Source: Camelus ferus (Eukaryota). From it: a DNA stretch of 64,000 nucleotides. Shown here one piece after another: positions 39,976 to 51,680 of the stretch; the first letter of the stretch is position 1; every line of letters starts with the position of its first letter. The position numbers and the translations under genes were made by a program. The stretch spans positions 61,444,001 through 61,508,000 of the forward strand of contig NC_045697.1 in the NCBI RefSeq assembly GCF_009834535.1. Reading direction: 5' to 3'. The notes under the pieces were generated by a model. The model was not told where the DNA came from. It searched no databases and worked only from the letters and a program-made list of their open reading frames with translations.

Positions 39976-40853
39976 TAATGAGTGACAGGTCACTGTAAAA
40001 ATGATCATGTCCCATATAAATTCTAAGCTGGTTTGAGTATATTTAACTATGGGAAAATATTCTTAGTACTTTTGGAAGAAGACTCACAGTTAATCACAGA
40101 AAGTGAAAAGGATTGCCAGCCCCAAAGGGGAAGCCTTTCTTTCAGATACTGGATGAAAAGATCAATGCTTCTTACAGTTGCTATTTAAAAATTCTAAATG
40201 ATATTTAAATATATAAAAATTACTACTTCTGTCAGTAATTACAGCTTCAGAGTTGATTTAATGCAGACTCAGGGGATAAATTAGTATCTGGCAACTAATC
40301 AGTAATTATGAAGGGAGTGAAACTCTGATCAATAATCACCCCTGCTCTCTCTTGCCCTTCTCCATCATTATTGATGCCTTTCCCTACCAGGCTCAGCACC
40401 ACTCACTTCCCAAGGAAGTTTATGTGGGGTGTGCTTAGCCTCAGAAATTATCATCTGTCATGACCAAGAAGTGACAGGGAAAGAATTCATACTATGCCTC
40501 TAGCCAGGTTTCAGTTTCTTGCCTGACACTCACCCAGCCCAATGTCCCAGTCTGCTCAGTGAGGGCTTACCTATCTTTGATCAGCTTTATTTCACTTTGG
40601 GTGAATGGATGGGTAACTCAACTTAAATTACTCTTGCCTTCTCCATTAGCTTCAGTACTACCTGCGATCTGAAGTTTTCTTCTGAATCATCTCACTGTTT
40701 TATTACGACATTTGCTTAAATCAAACTTGTGTTTGCACCTTACCTTCGTACACCCTATATGTGAAGCTGGACCTCCTCTAAAGTGCTAGTTCTAGAACCT
40801 AGATGTGTTTCTAAGTTCCCTATTAAGTTCGCTCTTTAGCTTACATCATTTTA

Positions 40854-41070
40854 CAGTGGTTCTTGATGCAGGGGCAGTGAGCATACTGTCCCCTGTGAGA
40901 CATTTGGCAATGCCCAGAGATGTTTTTGGTGGTCACAGTGGGGGATGCAACTAGTCGGGCAGGGATGCTGTTAAACATCCTATCATGCACAGGACAGCCC
41001 CCAGATCCACCTTACAATAAAGAATTATCTGGCCCACAACGTCAAATAGTGTTGGGGTTGAGAAATCCTG
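40854..41070. mobile_element. MER20 (hAT-Charlie MITE)
   Basis: cagtggttct...gacatttggcaatg...gggatgctgttaaacatcctat...aaagaattatctggccc...gttgagaaatcctg. Confidence 0.85.
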
Positions 41071-42084
41071 CATCTAGCATTTTCCTCTTCCTTGTACACC
41101 ACTGGTGCTTAAAGTGCCAATATGCCTCATGGCTGTACTGACTTCAGTTATAAACCCAGGACAAAAAGCATATAATGTTTGTCAAATTGTGATACTATAA
41201 TTTAGTCACTTATACTTCTTTTTGCCCAGGTTTCCCATCTTGATGAAATAACAGCTGACAGAGAGGGCTCTGGGGGTTTAATAAATCTATTTTAATGAGG
41301 ATCTTTGCCGTCCTCAGGTGAAAAATGCACCAAAAGTGTTATTCCCATCACAAGAGAGAGCAAGGATTACTTTGCAGATTGGCATGTGAAGTTCATTCTT
41401 GCAATGCACCTCCATCTCATAGCTCCAAAAAGTGCAAAATTTGCCCATAAAAAATAGAAGTGGACTGACAACTTCAGCATTTTCTTTTTCCTCTGTCAGG
41501 ATAAGTGGAGTCACTGAAGAATCGACTGTCAGGTGATTGCATCTCTAAATTATCCAGTGCATCAGCTACCACTGTTATTAAATTCTTTGCTTGGTTTACA
41601 GAATCCCCTAATGTATAAAGCAGGCAGTAGATACAGATTACACTGATTTCACAAAAGGAGGTATTAAAAAGTCCATAATGTACCCACCAAAAGTCTCAAT
41701 TTGGCAAATGTGGTATATATAAAGCTGTAAGGATTGGAACGGAAAAGATTAGAGACTTTGTCTTCCTCGAGTTCAGAAAAAGACAGTTTCCCACATCTGA
41801 CAGGATTTGAATGTTGATCTGCCTCTGGGAAGCTGCCTATATACAGTAGCCTAGATGGATTTAGTTTGCTTTCCTTCCAAATGAACCTACAATTAAAAGG
41901 CCCTTTAAGAAGCTAAATTTAATTTTTTACACATTTTTTATTTTAACTAGAAAGATATTACTATTTTCCCTTTTGCACATTACTTTATTTTTTATATATA
42001 TTCTAACATGATTGCAACCATGGTGAATTTTAGTTGTATAGTCTTTTAACTACCTTAATTATCCTTTTAGCAAATTAAAATATT

Positions 42085-44490
42085 CAATTCACTCATTTGT
42101 TTATTCATTCATTGTTCTTTCAAGTAAATATTTATGGAGTGCATTCTCCAAGACAGTATTACATTCAATTACTATATCCATAAATACCACTGTGCCTGAA
42201 CCACTAACTTCTCTTGCTTGGACTACTTTGAGAACCCTCCATTTTCAGTTTAGGGAATTCATTGGATGGCATATTGGAAAATAAAAGTGGCATAGATAAA
42301 AGTGAAGCTGATTTTTTTCCTGTCATTAAACTAGAAGTTGAAATGTAGTGGTCCAGGTCTTCTGCAACAATCCTCGGTCTCTGACCTAATCTTTCCCTGA
42401 GATATCCTTACATTGCAGATTCCATCCTCCACATCTCCTTACAGTTGCAATTTGGCCCTTGCATCTCCATCCTTTACCTCTATGTTTTGAGGGGGGAGAA
42501 ATATCAAGAGAAGGAAAAACAGCTGCTGGCAGAGTCAGCTCCATATGTAGAGCTTTACCCCAAAGTCCCACCAAGAGATTTCAGCTTATCTCTTACTGGC
42601 CACAGCAATTACATGACCATTCCAAGCTGCAAGGAAGGCTGAGAAATAGAATTTTTACAAGTGTGCATAGCAACCTGAAAAAAAATGGGGTTATGTTAGT
42701 AGAAGAAAGAAGAGAGGAGGAATATTGGGTAGACAGCAGTCTCGTCTATATCTTGTTTCTACTGTTGCTACTCTTGTTCTCCTGCAGTCCATTTCCCAGG
42801 AGCAGTCAGAAAGGTATTTTCACAACATAAGTCAAATAAAGCCATTTCCTGATTTAAAGCCATAACATGTAGAATAAAGCTAAGTCCTTTTCCATGGCCT
42901 ATATGCTGAGATATAGTTTCACACCATTTCTTAATATTTTCCCTCTCATTTCCTACTATAGCCACACTATCTAGTCTTCAAACAGCCCTAGTTCATCTCA
43001 GCCCTCCATCCTGTATACCTGCTATTCCCTCTGCCTAGAACTCTCTTCCACAAGGATTTTGATGGCTTGACCTATGTTAGCATTCAATAGGTAAACTTAG
43101 TGAAATCTTCACTGATCACTCAGCAGAGTGATAAATTCAGAGTTTGTACTTCCAAGACTCAAATATTTGTTTCTACCACAAGTTAGCTGAGTGACTTAGG
43201 CAGTTATTGATCTCTTCTTTGTCTCAGACTCCTTATCTGAAAATGGGTTTAACTGTATCTACCCATCGGGTGGTTGTTAGCATTCAATGAGTTAATAGGT
43301 CTAAACTGCAAAGAACATTATCTGGCACATTGTAGTCATTTGATAAATGTTGGCAATTTTTTAAATGGTGCTTTCCCATCCTTCACAAGCTCCTAGCTAT
43401 GCTTTCAGTTTGCTTTGTTTCCTCCAAAACATAGCTAACTTACTTATGTGACTACTTATTGACTACCCCACTCCAGGAAAATATAAACTGTCTGAAAGGC
43501 ACCCCTCTATATACAGACCCTAGAACAGTTCCCAACATGGATTAGGTGCTCAAAAAGAAATATTTTACTGAATGAATTGTGAAACAATTAATACATGTAT
43601 TTATTTTCCTGATATTAAAATAAGATTATGTTATATCTGATATATTGTTTCTGGATTATTAAAATACTGTCACTTGATTGTTGGCCTCCTTTTTTTCCAG
43701 TTCTGACCTGGTTTCAAAAGATCAAGAATGCATTAGAAGCTTGGGGAAAAAATCCTAATTTTAAATAAACTTTATTTGGAAGCTAGGAGAGAAATCGTAA
43801 GATCTCACATGTGTATTTCTCAAAGTTTAGAGCAAGGTCCGCAAACATTTTTCTGCAGAGGGCTAGAATGTAAATATTTTAAGGTTTTATTTTATAATAT
43901 TAAACTTATTTTATTTGTATTAGCTGTGAATATAAAGGTTTATTTATGCTAAAACAGTATCTTAGTGAAAATACTGAGGAGAAGTTTAGACTGTGTTACT
44001 CATTTAAGATTAAATGGATCCTGGGTTGATATTATAAATCACCAATGGAAATCAGAAAATGTCTGTATGGTCTACAAATGGGTTACAGATGTTAAAATTA
44101 TTTTCTTGAGTTTTTAAGTAAGAGTGGAATTGGTATAATGATGAATATATGCTTTAAAATTATATGTTTAAATAAAAAATTATTTTTATACTTGGATTTG
44201 TAAATGATTAGCTGGTAATTACAAGTCATTTCACTGTTTTGGCCCTCAGTTTCCTGTTTTATAAAATGAAGAAGATGAAATAGATAGCCTTTGATATCTT
44301 TTTTAACACTAAACATCTATAATTTTATGAACTTTTTTTTAATTTAAATTGTTTTATCCTCCTCAAGACATGTTCTAAAATCTATTAATCAGTATAATTT
44401 ATGAATTGATTGAAAAAATATTTATTGAGTGTTTATGTGTCAGATATCATAATTTCTGACACGGATGCAAAGTCCAATCAGACAAAGGCT
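42085..44490. mobile_element. TE cluster (L2 pieces, MLT1 LTR about 42240-42740, MIR about 43120-43360, MIR3 about 44200-44330) separating the first and second EBLL fragments
   Basis: L2 tails (attcattcatt; tgctcaaaaagaaatattttactgaatgaat); MIR cores (gagtgacttaggcagttatt, cctcagtttcctgttttataaaatg). Confidence 0.65.
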
Positions 44491-45329
44491 CAACACATAA
44501 TTCCAGGGAGTATTTCAGAAAGATTAGTTTTGCAGGTAGAATTTATAATATACCATGCCATCAAGAAACCACAAGGCATACTATCAAGCAGCAATTTGTG
44601 TAAAAGTAATTCCTTTTATACAATAAATCAAAATTAGTGGCAGAGTTAACCAAAGGATTCTTAAAATTTTTGAAATGTTACAATGGAGGGAAAGGTTAAA
44701 TTTTGAAAATTCATAGTAAAAATGCATGTCCGTGGATTTATTCAGAATTGTTTTTATATATTTTTCTTCAATTTAAGAAATAAAATTATCATTTATTCTC
44801 AAGACAAAGACTTAAAACACGTAACACACCTCAGCACTGTCTTTTTTTCAAAGGGTGAAAAGTGGCATTATAACCATACAAAAGCTTTAAAAAATCATTC
44901 TGATTTCATGAACATTTAACATGTGCACCTGCTGTTGTGTTGAACTGGCAGGTGGCTAACAATTTTTTACCACTGTGAACCCTTTTCCTTAATGCCTGCT
45001 TGCAGTTTCATGTCATTTTCTGCCCTGAGGAGAAGAGTGTACCTGCTGTTTAATCTGCCTAACTATCCTGCCTGATGAGTTTGCCATTTTGTGCACACCT
45101 ATATTATAGCTGCAGTTTCATGAAACAGTCTAGATTTGCTGTTTCCAAAACTGTCTATTCTTAAGATCATAATGTGGTTCCGCAGAGCAATTCAAAAGAG
45201 AGGTAACAACAATCTGACACATGAAGATTAGTTGGTCCTCAGAAAATGGGAAGTCATACCTTCGTGTGGTCACCACTTTCCAAGGGCTAGCCTTTAGTTT
45301 TGCTAATCCAGAATCCTAATTTGATCACG

Positions 45330-47200
45330 TCACCAAGAACAGATCAGGCTTTGAGGAATCAAGTCAGGATGTGAGTAACCAAACACACAAGAGAAAAATG
45401 ATTCACTAACACAGAATGGAGCTATGGGTTTCATAAACCTATCTACACTGGCATCTCCATCCAAATCACCCATCATTAGAATCAAAGCATCCGGAAGATA
45501 GAATTTATTATGTAAAAGTAGCTTGATGGTGGTTGAACTGGAGTTAAAGTTGGATATTTTTAAAAGAGGTTTCATCTATTAGAAGAATGTGAGGAACTAC
45601 TACCTTCTCTAGCAGTGGAATACAAGTCTCCAGAAAAGAAGAAATTCATGTTTGCTAGGGTTTACTCTGTGTCAGCTATCATATTATGTGTGTATATAAT
45701 TTCACTTATTTGCACAATAATATTTGCATTCAAAGTGGGTAATGAGGTTGTTTTTACTTACTAGGAACAAATCTGAAGTCCAGAGAACATCTCATTGCTT
45801 TAGGGAGTAGAGTCCAGATGCATAGTCAGGCCTGTCGGACTTCAAAGCTCAACCCAGAGACGTCCTACTCCCTGTGATATGCTTAACCTCCCCACTTCAA
45901 TGCAGTGCCTCTTCTGAATGCAGAACATCAAGTAAAAACTGATGAAGGAGTTTGTTTGTTTTTTTTTTTTCTTTTCTAAACTCAACATAAACTTCACCCT
46001 ACTCTGATTTACACTTTTATTCCTTTCGATACATGTACAAACCACAAGTTCCTTTTTCTACTGTCTTAATCCTGAGGCTTCCTTGTTCATCTTAACTGGA
46101 TATGGGTATTTCCAAACCTCTATAAAAACTTTTAGAAAGTGAAATGATATCACTGGGATATAACTAGCCATTGGTGAATGCCTCTTATCTTCTACTGCTC
46201 ATTATTTTCATTCAAGTAAACTGGATTTCTTTAAATCAACTTGATGGTATAAAAACACAGAATGGTTTATTTTTCTTTAATCACTGCTTTCCAAAATACT
46301 CTTGTTGAACTGCAGTTCCCTACTGGGAAGCAGATTCCTTCATGACCATCTTACGGGGTTTCTACAGCCCTCTGGACATGTTGACTATAGAGTTCAACAC
46401 TGTTTAAAATTCCACATAATAATCCATTTAAAGCTTTGCTCATCCCCATTGTTGGCTATAATTGTGGCTTCAGGAATATTAATTGGAAAGGAGCTGTGTT
46501 CTTCTCTTCCCTCTTCTAGGGAGTAGCTACTTAATTAGGAGGCTAAGGAGAAAGGGAAATAGTGAACATCAGTGTACTTAATGATATAGCCAAAATCCTT
46601 TCGGTAGTGCCTATTGCTGCTTTTTTGAACAACGACTGGTGGCTTCTGCTTGTCAAGTGTGCCTCCCTCATAAGGCACACCTGTCTCAGAGTACCACCAC
46701 CCTCACAGGTTTTTCCACTCCACAGTTCCTGGGTATGGGAGTTCAAGTTCTTTCTCTTTCACCATGATCCTCCCAGGTTCCAACTCAAGTTGTTCACCTC
46801 ATGTAAAGGCATCTTCCCTGGCCATTAGCCTTTCTGGGTTGGCTCCCACAACCCAGAAAAATCAGTTACCTTTCCCACTGTGCACTAGACACAGAAGAAA
46901 TTCACACATCCAGTGTGCATGCACAAAGCTTTACACCCACCCCAGGGTGCCCTGCTCTCTCTCTCCAATTCTTTCCCAGAAGGACAGTCAGAAATCCACT
47001 GCCCAGGTGTATATTCAATTGAGAGAAAAAACACCAGACTCGTGTACTGTGGTATAGTATGTAAGTATAGGTATGCGAGTGATTCTCTTAGAGTGTCCTC
47101 ATCATTTGAATTGGTGGCAGAGTGCCTACGTATAGTACTTATTGTGTAAAGGCTTCACATCATCCACAATTCGCTTCCCATGAGGCCCATAATGCTGATA
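45330..47200 (-). pseudogene. EBLG: Endogenous bornavirus-like glycoprotein G, split by a MIR
   Basis: IRR/LCH ~ IRRLCH (~47120); CV*CTVGKVT ~ CRCSITNVT (~46880); HTQELWSGKTCEGGGTL ~ SQQELESGKAMLSDGSTL (46690-46737); SYSLEEG..SSFPINI ~ SYSLTNG..SSSINV (~46500); ESASQ ~ ASASQ (~46330); YHQVDL ~ CHRVNV (~46243); DEQGSLRIKTVE ~ NDEGRLQTNTPE (46057-46091); FMKPIA ~ FLNPLG (~45430). Multiple stops and frameshifts. Confidence 0.88.
45640..45880 (-). mobile_element. Degenerate MIR inserted in EBLG
   Basis: Antisense MIR layout: tttactctgtgtcag...gcacaataa...aaatctgaagtccagaga...agtagagtccagat...caggcctgtcggacttcaaagctc. Confidence 0.65.
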
Positions 47201-47455
47201 ACACTTCCTTTATCTCTTGCCTCTCTATACGTCTTAGATATATTGGGCTGAAAGTAAGGTTGAGGTCATCAATGGTAAAAGAAAGATCGATCCCACTGGC
47301 ACTTAGTAAGGCCTGGCAGGAGAAATACAGCAAAAATTTTGGGTAGCTATCTTGAGAACGGAATGCATTTAGTAACTTTTTCTTCAACTTTGGACTGACT
47401 TCAATTACTAAGCTCTAGGAAACAGAAAAAGTCCTATCTTTTTCTTATTACACAT
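47150..47455 (-). pseudogene. EBLM: Endogenous bornavirus-like matrix protein M
   Basis: KDRTFSVS*SLVIEV ~ KDKVIVPGWPTLMLEI; KKKLLNAF ~ RNQFLNIPF; PKFLLYFSCQALLSASGIDLSFTIDDLNLTF ~ KKLTDYFTIDVEPAGHSLVNIYFQIDDFLLLTL; HYGPHGKRI ~ GVGPLGPDI after a frameshift. Overlaps the start of G, as in BoDV-1. Confidence 0.8.
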
Positions 47456-47464
47456 TTTTTAAAA

Positions 47465-48880
47465 TATATTATTCCAAAACTTACCGAATGCCTTCCACAT
47501 GATAACCATTATAATGAATGCTGATACAGAAAATGGATAAAATATAACTACCACCCCCACAGTCACAGTCAGGTGTGTTAGTTCATGCCCCGTTTTCAGT
47601 CACAATACTCACAGCTGCCCACTAACTTTAACTTGAACCTTTTCTCACTGTAATGACAGTATTTATTAAGTGTGATAGGAGCACCAAGAGGGGTGAGAAT
47701 AGTTCTCTGTGGGAGGTGGGAGGTCAAGGAAGGCTTCCCAGATGAAGAATTGTTCCTATTGCTTCTTAAAGAACAAGTAGAAATTAGCCAGTTAAAAAGA
47801 TAAGAATGGGCATTCAAGAAAGAAGGTGTAACTTGTGCAAAAGCATGAAGACATAAAATAAATAGGAAAATACAAGTAATCAAGCATGGCTTGAACAGAG
47901 TCCATAATAATAGCAGAAGTATAAGCAATGCAATCATATTTAAGAACTTTTTTTAGCTGTCTTTAGTACTAGTGATTCTTAAACTTTGCCAAGCATTAGA
48001 ATTTTCCAGGATTCTTGCTCAAATGCAAATTTTCAAATCCCACCAGAGATTTCCCAGCCCCACTAGAAATTCTCAGTCTGTATGTGTGAAGTAGGGCCCA
48101 GTATTCTGCACTTTTAAAGACATTCCAGGAGAATCCAAACTTGTAGCTTATGTAGTTCACTATCATAGATACTGGAAAGTTCTTGAAAGGTTTTGAGCAA
48201 GGGGGTAACATGCTTACATTTGCATTTTAGATACACACCTCTAGATATCCTGTGGCTGAATGACTGGAAAAGGCAAGAGCAGGGGTAGGAGACTACTTAG
48301 ATGGCTATTACAAGAGTCCAAGCAAGACATGGGGGTGGAACAAACTGTCAGATTACATGATGGTTATTATGTGACTTTCCCTCGTCTGTGTCTGGTATTA
48401 AGATGAATTGTGTACATGAAGCTCTGTGAAGACAGAAAATATGGCATTGTCATGTACACACTCCTTCATAGTGCAGGTCACATAGTAGGCACTAAATTTG
48501 CTGAATGATTGAGTGAGATGAAATTTAAAGGTGCTATATAAATATATTATTTTGTTCCAAGCTAAAAATTGCAAACATACAACATCTAAGAAGTAATCTG
48601 CCTCCTTTGATTGAACAATGAAACAACACATAGGGGCTTAGACATGTAATTTCAGATCTCTATCGTATCTGTGACCTTGGTTATAACTTTGGGTAGCTGG
48701 CTTAACCACAGTTTCCATCTATTTTCATATGCTTCAATTCGTCTATTCATAGAATCATAGCAACAAAGATAATTCTTACTGACCTCATATAATGGTGGTA
48801 AGAAACAAACAACCAAAGCTATGGTTAAGTACTTTATGACTGAAACATAATGTGCCTTCCTAAATGTGGAAGCAACCAAG
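47465..48880. mobile_element. L2 fragments, MER5-like MITE (about 47970-48140) and MIR (about 48640-48880) between EBLP and EBLM
   Basis: gtcaaggaaggcttcccaga and gaaaggttttgagcaaggggg (L2); tagtgattcttaaactttg (MER5); ctgtgaccttgg...cagtttccatct (MIR). Confidence 0.65.
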
Positions 48881-49859
48881 ATGACCTTTCAGAAGACAAT
48901 TAATTACTCAGACTCCACTAAAATTCTAGAGCAGTCCAGATACTAACAGTATTCCTTTGACATGATAAGGCATAGCAGATATGATATGCATATATGAAAT
49001 AATTTCATATAACATTTATTATATTGCAATTATTAAAAAGCTCTATCAAAACCAACCCAAAAGGTAGCATTAATATAATAAAACTGTAATCTATTCTCAA
49101 TGGCTTAACTGGAATGTGAGTGGTGGTAGAAAATATTAGGCAGGATAGTAGGCCAAATTCTAAAAACCATAAGCTTCCACTTTCAGGGCAGATTTCTGGT
49201 AGTTACTGCAGTTGGCTACTCATAATGAGGTAAAATTTAGTTGAAATGTGACAATTTAGATGAAAATCTAACCTGGTTCCTAAATTCAAACCCTCATTTC
49301 TAGGCAGAGGCTCATACAGGAAACACATGGGACAATACTGCTGCAAGAAATTTTAATTTAAATGTATAGCTAAGATTGTTTTATTCAGGATCCTTATTTT
49401 CTTTCTCCTTTTTGCCTCCATCCTCAACATTCAATAAAAGAAATAAGAAGAGAGATGCAGAAACTCTTTTCATGCTCTTTATAAAATAAAAAATATTGTG
49501 ATTATCTAAAAAACCAGCAGGAAATTCTTCCAGGGCTTAATGATGATGATGACATTAGCCTTGCTCTACTGAAAAGATGATCAAAGGTGGAATGAGAGAC
49601 AACATAACTTTGCATTAGTCAGGTTGTAAAAGGGATTCCATCAAAAGATGAAATCTTTAAAGTGTAAAATTGAAATGTTACAACTTGCAGAAGACTGTGT
49701 CATTTTTCCTGCAAAGGTATTAAAATGTCACATTACAGAAAAGGAGAGTTTACTATTACTGAGATGTAATAATGTTACATGGCTATATATATACACAAAC
49801 ATATGTGTGCGTATACATATTTTTAAGTACATTGAACCACTGTTTTCTTCTATTAAACT

Positions 49860-50150
49860 AAAAACACTGAGTATACCTGAAAGTCACAGTTAGCTATAAT
49901 TCGTGAGTTTGAATCTACATGAGACAAATTCACTACATGTGTGAGCCGCTTTGCAGTGTTTTCTGATTCTTTGGAGGACTAAGGTGAACTTTATTCTCCT
50001 TGGATTTCAAGCAAATTAATCAGAACAGCCCAGCACTTTTATTTACTGGAGCAAGAAGTTAAAATTTTTACTGATTCCAGTAATTCATAAAAGCAGTAGT
50101 CAGGGTTTCCTGTAGAATTTTTCAATTGGTCACGAAGTACTAAAGGAGAG
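49860..50150 (-). pseudogene. EBLP: Endogenous bornavirus-like phosphoprotein P fragment
   Basis: LRDQLKN ~ GREQLSN (~50125); KESENTAKRLTH ~ QVETIQTAQRCDH (~49940-49972); HVDSNSRII ~ HSDSIRIL (~49905). Correct order, and located between N and M. Confidence 0.6.
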
Positions 50151-50869
50151 GATATATAGAATTTCCACCACATAACAAAAACAGCAGAATAGGAGAACCC
50201 TAATATTGCTTGAGACTATTTGCTGTCCCTATGAGTCCCATGCTGTTGAGATGAAGTCAAAATAAATCTAGTTTAAACAGTGTTTATCAAACACTGTGAA
50301 TAGAGCATTATGATACATGCCAAAAGGGAAACAAGTGACATATATATTCCCTTAGGAAATTCAAAACTCTAAAACTAAAAGTTTAAAACCTGAAAGTTTG
50401 CAGATTTGTTTCATATTCAAGAATCAAAAATCTCCTTAGGAAAATGCCACATCAAAAATGAACCTACATCTCTAAATTAGTCCAGCACAGGCAGAGAAGG
50501 AATGACCTATTATTAAGTGTTTCTTTACCATTGGACTAGCATTTGGGGACTGTTAAAACATGCAAAATATGCTACATGCCCCCAAACTAGGACCACAACA
50601 GGCCACAACTCAGCAAGATGCTGCTATCAAAAGCTTCTGGGACCTGAGACCTAAATGAGGAACTTAAAATCTGTGACTTTCAATTCATGCTTTCTTTTAA
50701 AAGGATGGCAGATAGAGGTAGAGTCAACAGTACTATTGAAATTTTGAGCACATATATAGATGATTGAGTAAGTTAAATGAATCTGTGATAAAACTACACT
50801 ATATTCATAATAAAACCAAAGCAAAGTAGAGACCCAGACCAATCACCCTACGCTTTCAGAGGAATGAGC

Positions 50870-51680
50870 CTCCTGTGTACAGGAAATCAGGAGGCATTTC
50901 AGGTAAACTTTGAAAATTTAGGAGAACAATAAGAACAAAGAAAAAGATTAGAAAGAAAAATATTCCAAAAGACAGAAACATGTGAAAGGGCAAGTCCTGG
51001 AAATGAGGAAGATAACTGAATTCAGTGAGGTTCTGATTTATATTAAATCACATATCTTGAAAGGCCTTGAATTCCATGCTGAAGAGTTTGAATTTATTCT
51101 GAAAGTAGTAGAAAACTGGAAGATTTCTGAGATGAGGAAAGGTCATTATGAACGAACCTGTGATTTAGAAAGAAAATATTTGTGGCAGAATGGCAAGTGA
51201 AATTGATGGCAAAAAATCAGAAGTAAGAAGTAAAGTGCAGGCCAAGTGGAATAGGAGTATGAAGAGAAGAGATGGAAAAAGATACAAAAGACATTTTTGG
51301 GATAAAATCACGATTTAGTGACTAATCAGATAAAGGAGAAAGGAAGATGGATAAGTTATTGTATCTTAGGCAACTGGAAGATTGATATCACCACTAATAA
51401 AAAAAATGACCATACAAAAGAGTAAAGTATTTTGTCAGGGATGAGAATGAAAGTGGGTAGAGAACATCCACTTCATTTCAAATGCATTGTGTTTAAGGAA
51501 CCCAGGTATATGCAAGCAAAGGTATTTATCAGGCTTTTGAAAATTCATATTGTCAACAAGGACACTGCTCAGGACTGAAAGAAGGTGATGTGAGAGCTTT
51601 CTGAATGTAATGATCATTGAAGCAGTAAATATGAATGGGTTTGTCCAGGAAGAGAAAGATGTAGCCACTGTAGGTGAGTG
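50870..51680 (-). mobile_element. L2 fragment between EBLN and EBLP
   Basis: gaaaggccttgaattccatgctgaagagtttgaatttattctg and ttaggcaactggaagattgatatcacc are antisense L2 text. Confidence 0.75.

Larger units (their letters stand above)
25200..45350 (-). pseudogene. EBLL: Endogenous bornavirus-like L (RNA-dependent RNA polymerase), near full length, fragmented
   Basis: In order (observed ~ BoDV L): SFPEADQHSNPVRCGKLSF ~ SREADIGPKRLGNMSL (~41800); PLLFFMGKFCTFWSY ~ PVLLLMVSSVQKSWYF (~41440); QKRKKLKP ~ PKEKELKV (~36355); YEASLSGGFR ~ DYSSWCNGFR (~35510); PVICRQ ~ APICRQ (~35440); DQHLPP..HGFP ~ DRFNPP..SGEP (~33375); VEGN*E ~ GEGMRQ (~33295); YYGKCL ~ EYGKKL (~32955); KRVVKVK ~ NRVVKLR (~32210); SMPRPR ~ MMPLRPR (~31797); PFYVCS ~ PLYLGS (~31107); SSDSVF ~ SSDYLH (~30717); DPGHCAASFLKTFLKPFLV ~ [20 protein letters not shown] (~29750); FPELLIILG ~ LPALTIILV (~28293); WWQDSTRITDGSQA ~ PWSADLKRITVGGRA (~25285). 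Confidence 0.88.

Noticed and set aside
45950..45975. Minus-strand A-tract as the poly(A) tail of a processed pseudogene or G mRNA
   Set aside because: G-like sequence continues beyond it (NKLLHQFLLDV ~ NKTSRDYHLEE, later FMKPIA ~ FLNPLG), so it is more likely a slippage-expanded run within a basic stretch of G.
46660..46690. GGTLDKQ as the L capping-domain GGTLTHR motif
   Set aside because: Flanking peptides match G, and the capping-domain motifs lie in the expected order at about 30.7-31.1 kb.
46990..47290. piggyBac transposase similarity (TIDD, YTPG)
   Set aside because: The motifs are in the wrong order for piggyBac and there are no terminal repeats; bornavirus M and G fit over a much longer span.
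46860..47420. Host exon suggested by a pyrimidine-rich acceptor (ttttctgtttcctag) and donor-like AAG/GTAAC on the minus strand
   Set aside because: Several stops lie between the sites, no host protein was recognised, and the same sequence is better explained as bornaviral M and G.
44955..47464. TAAAAAATTGT (~44960) and TAAAAAATGTG (~47455) as a TSD around an M/G-only insertion
   Set aside because: The match is short and AT-rich, and viral sequence continues colinearly beyond both sites.
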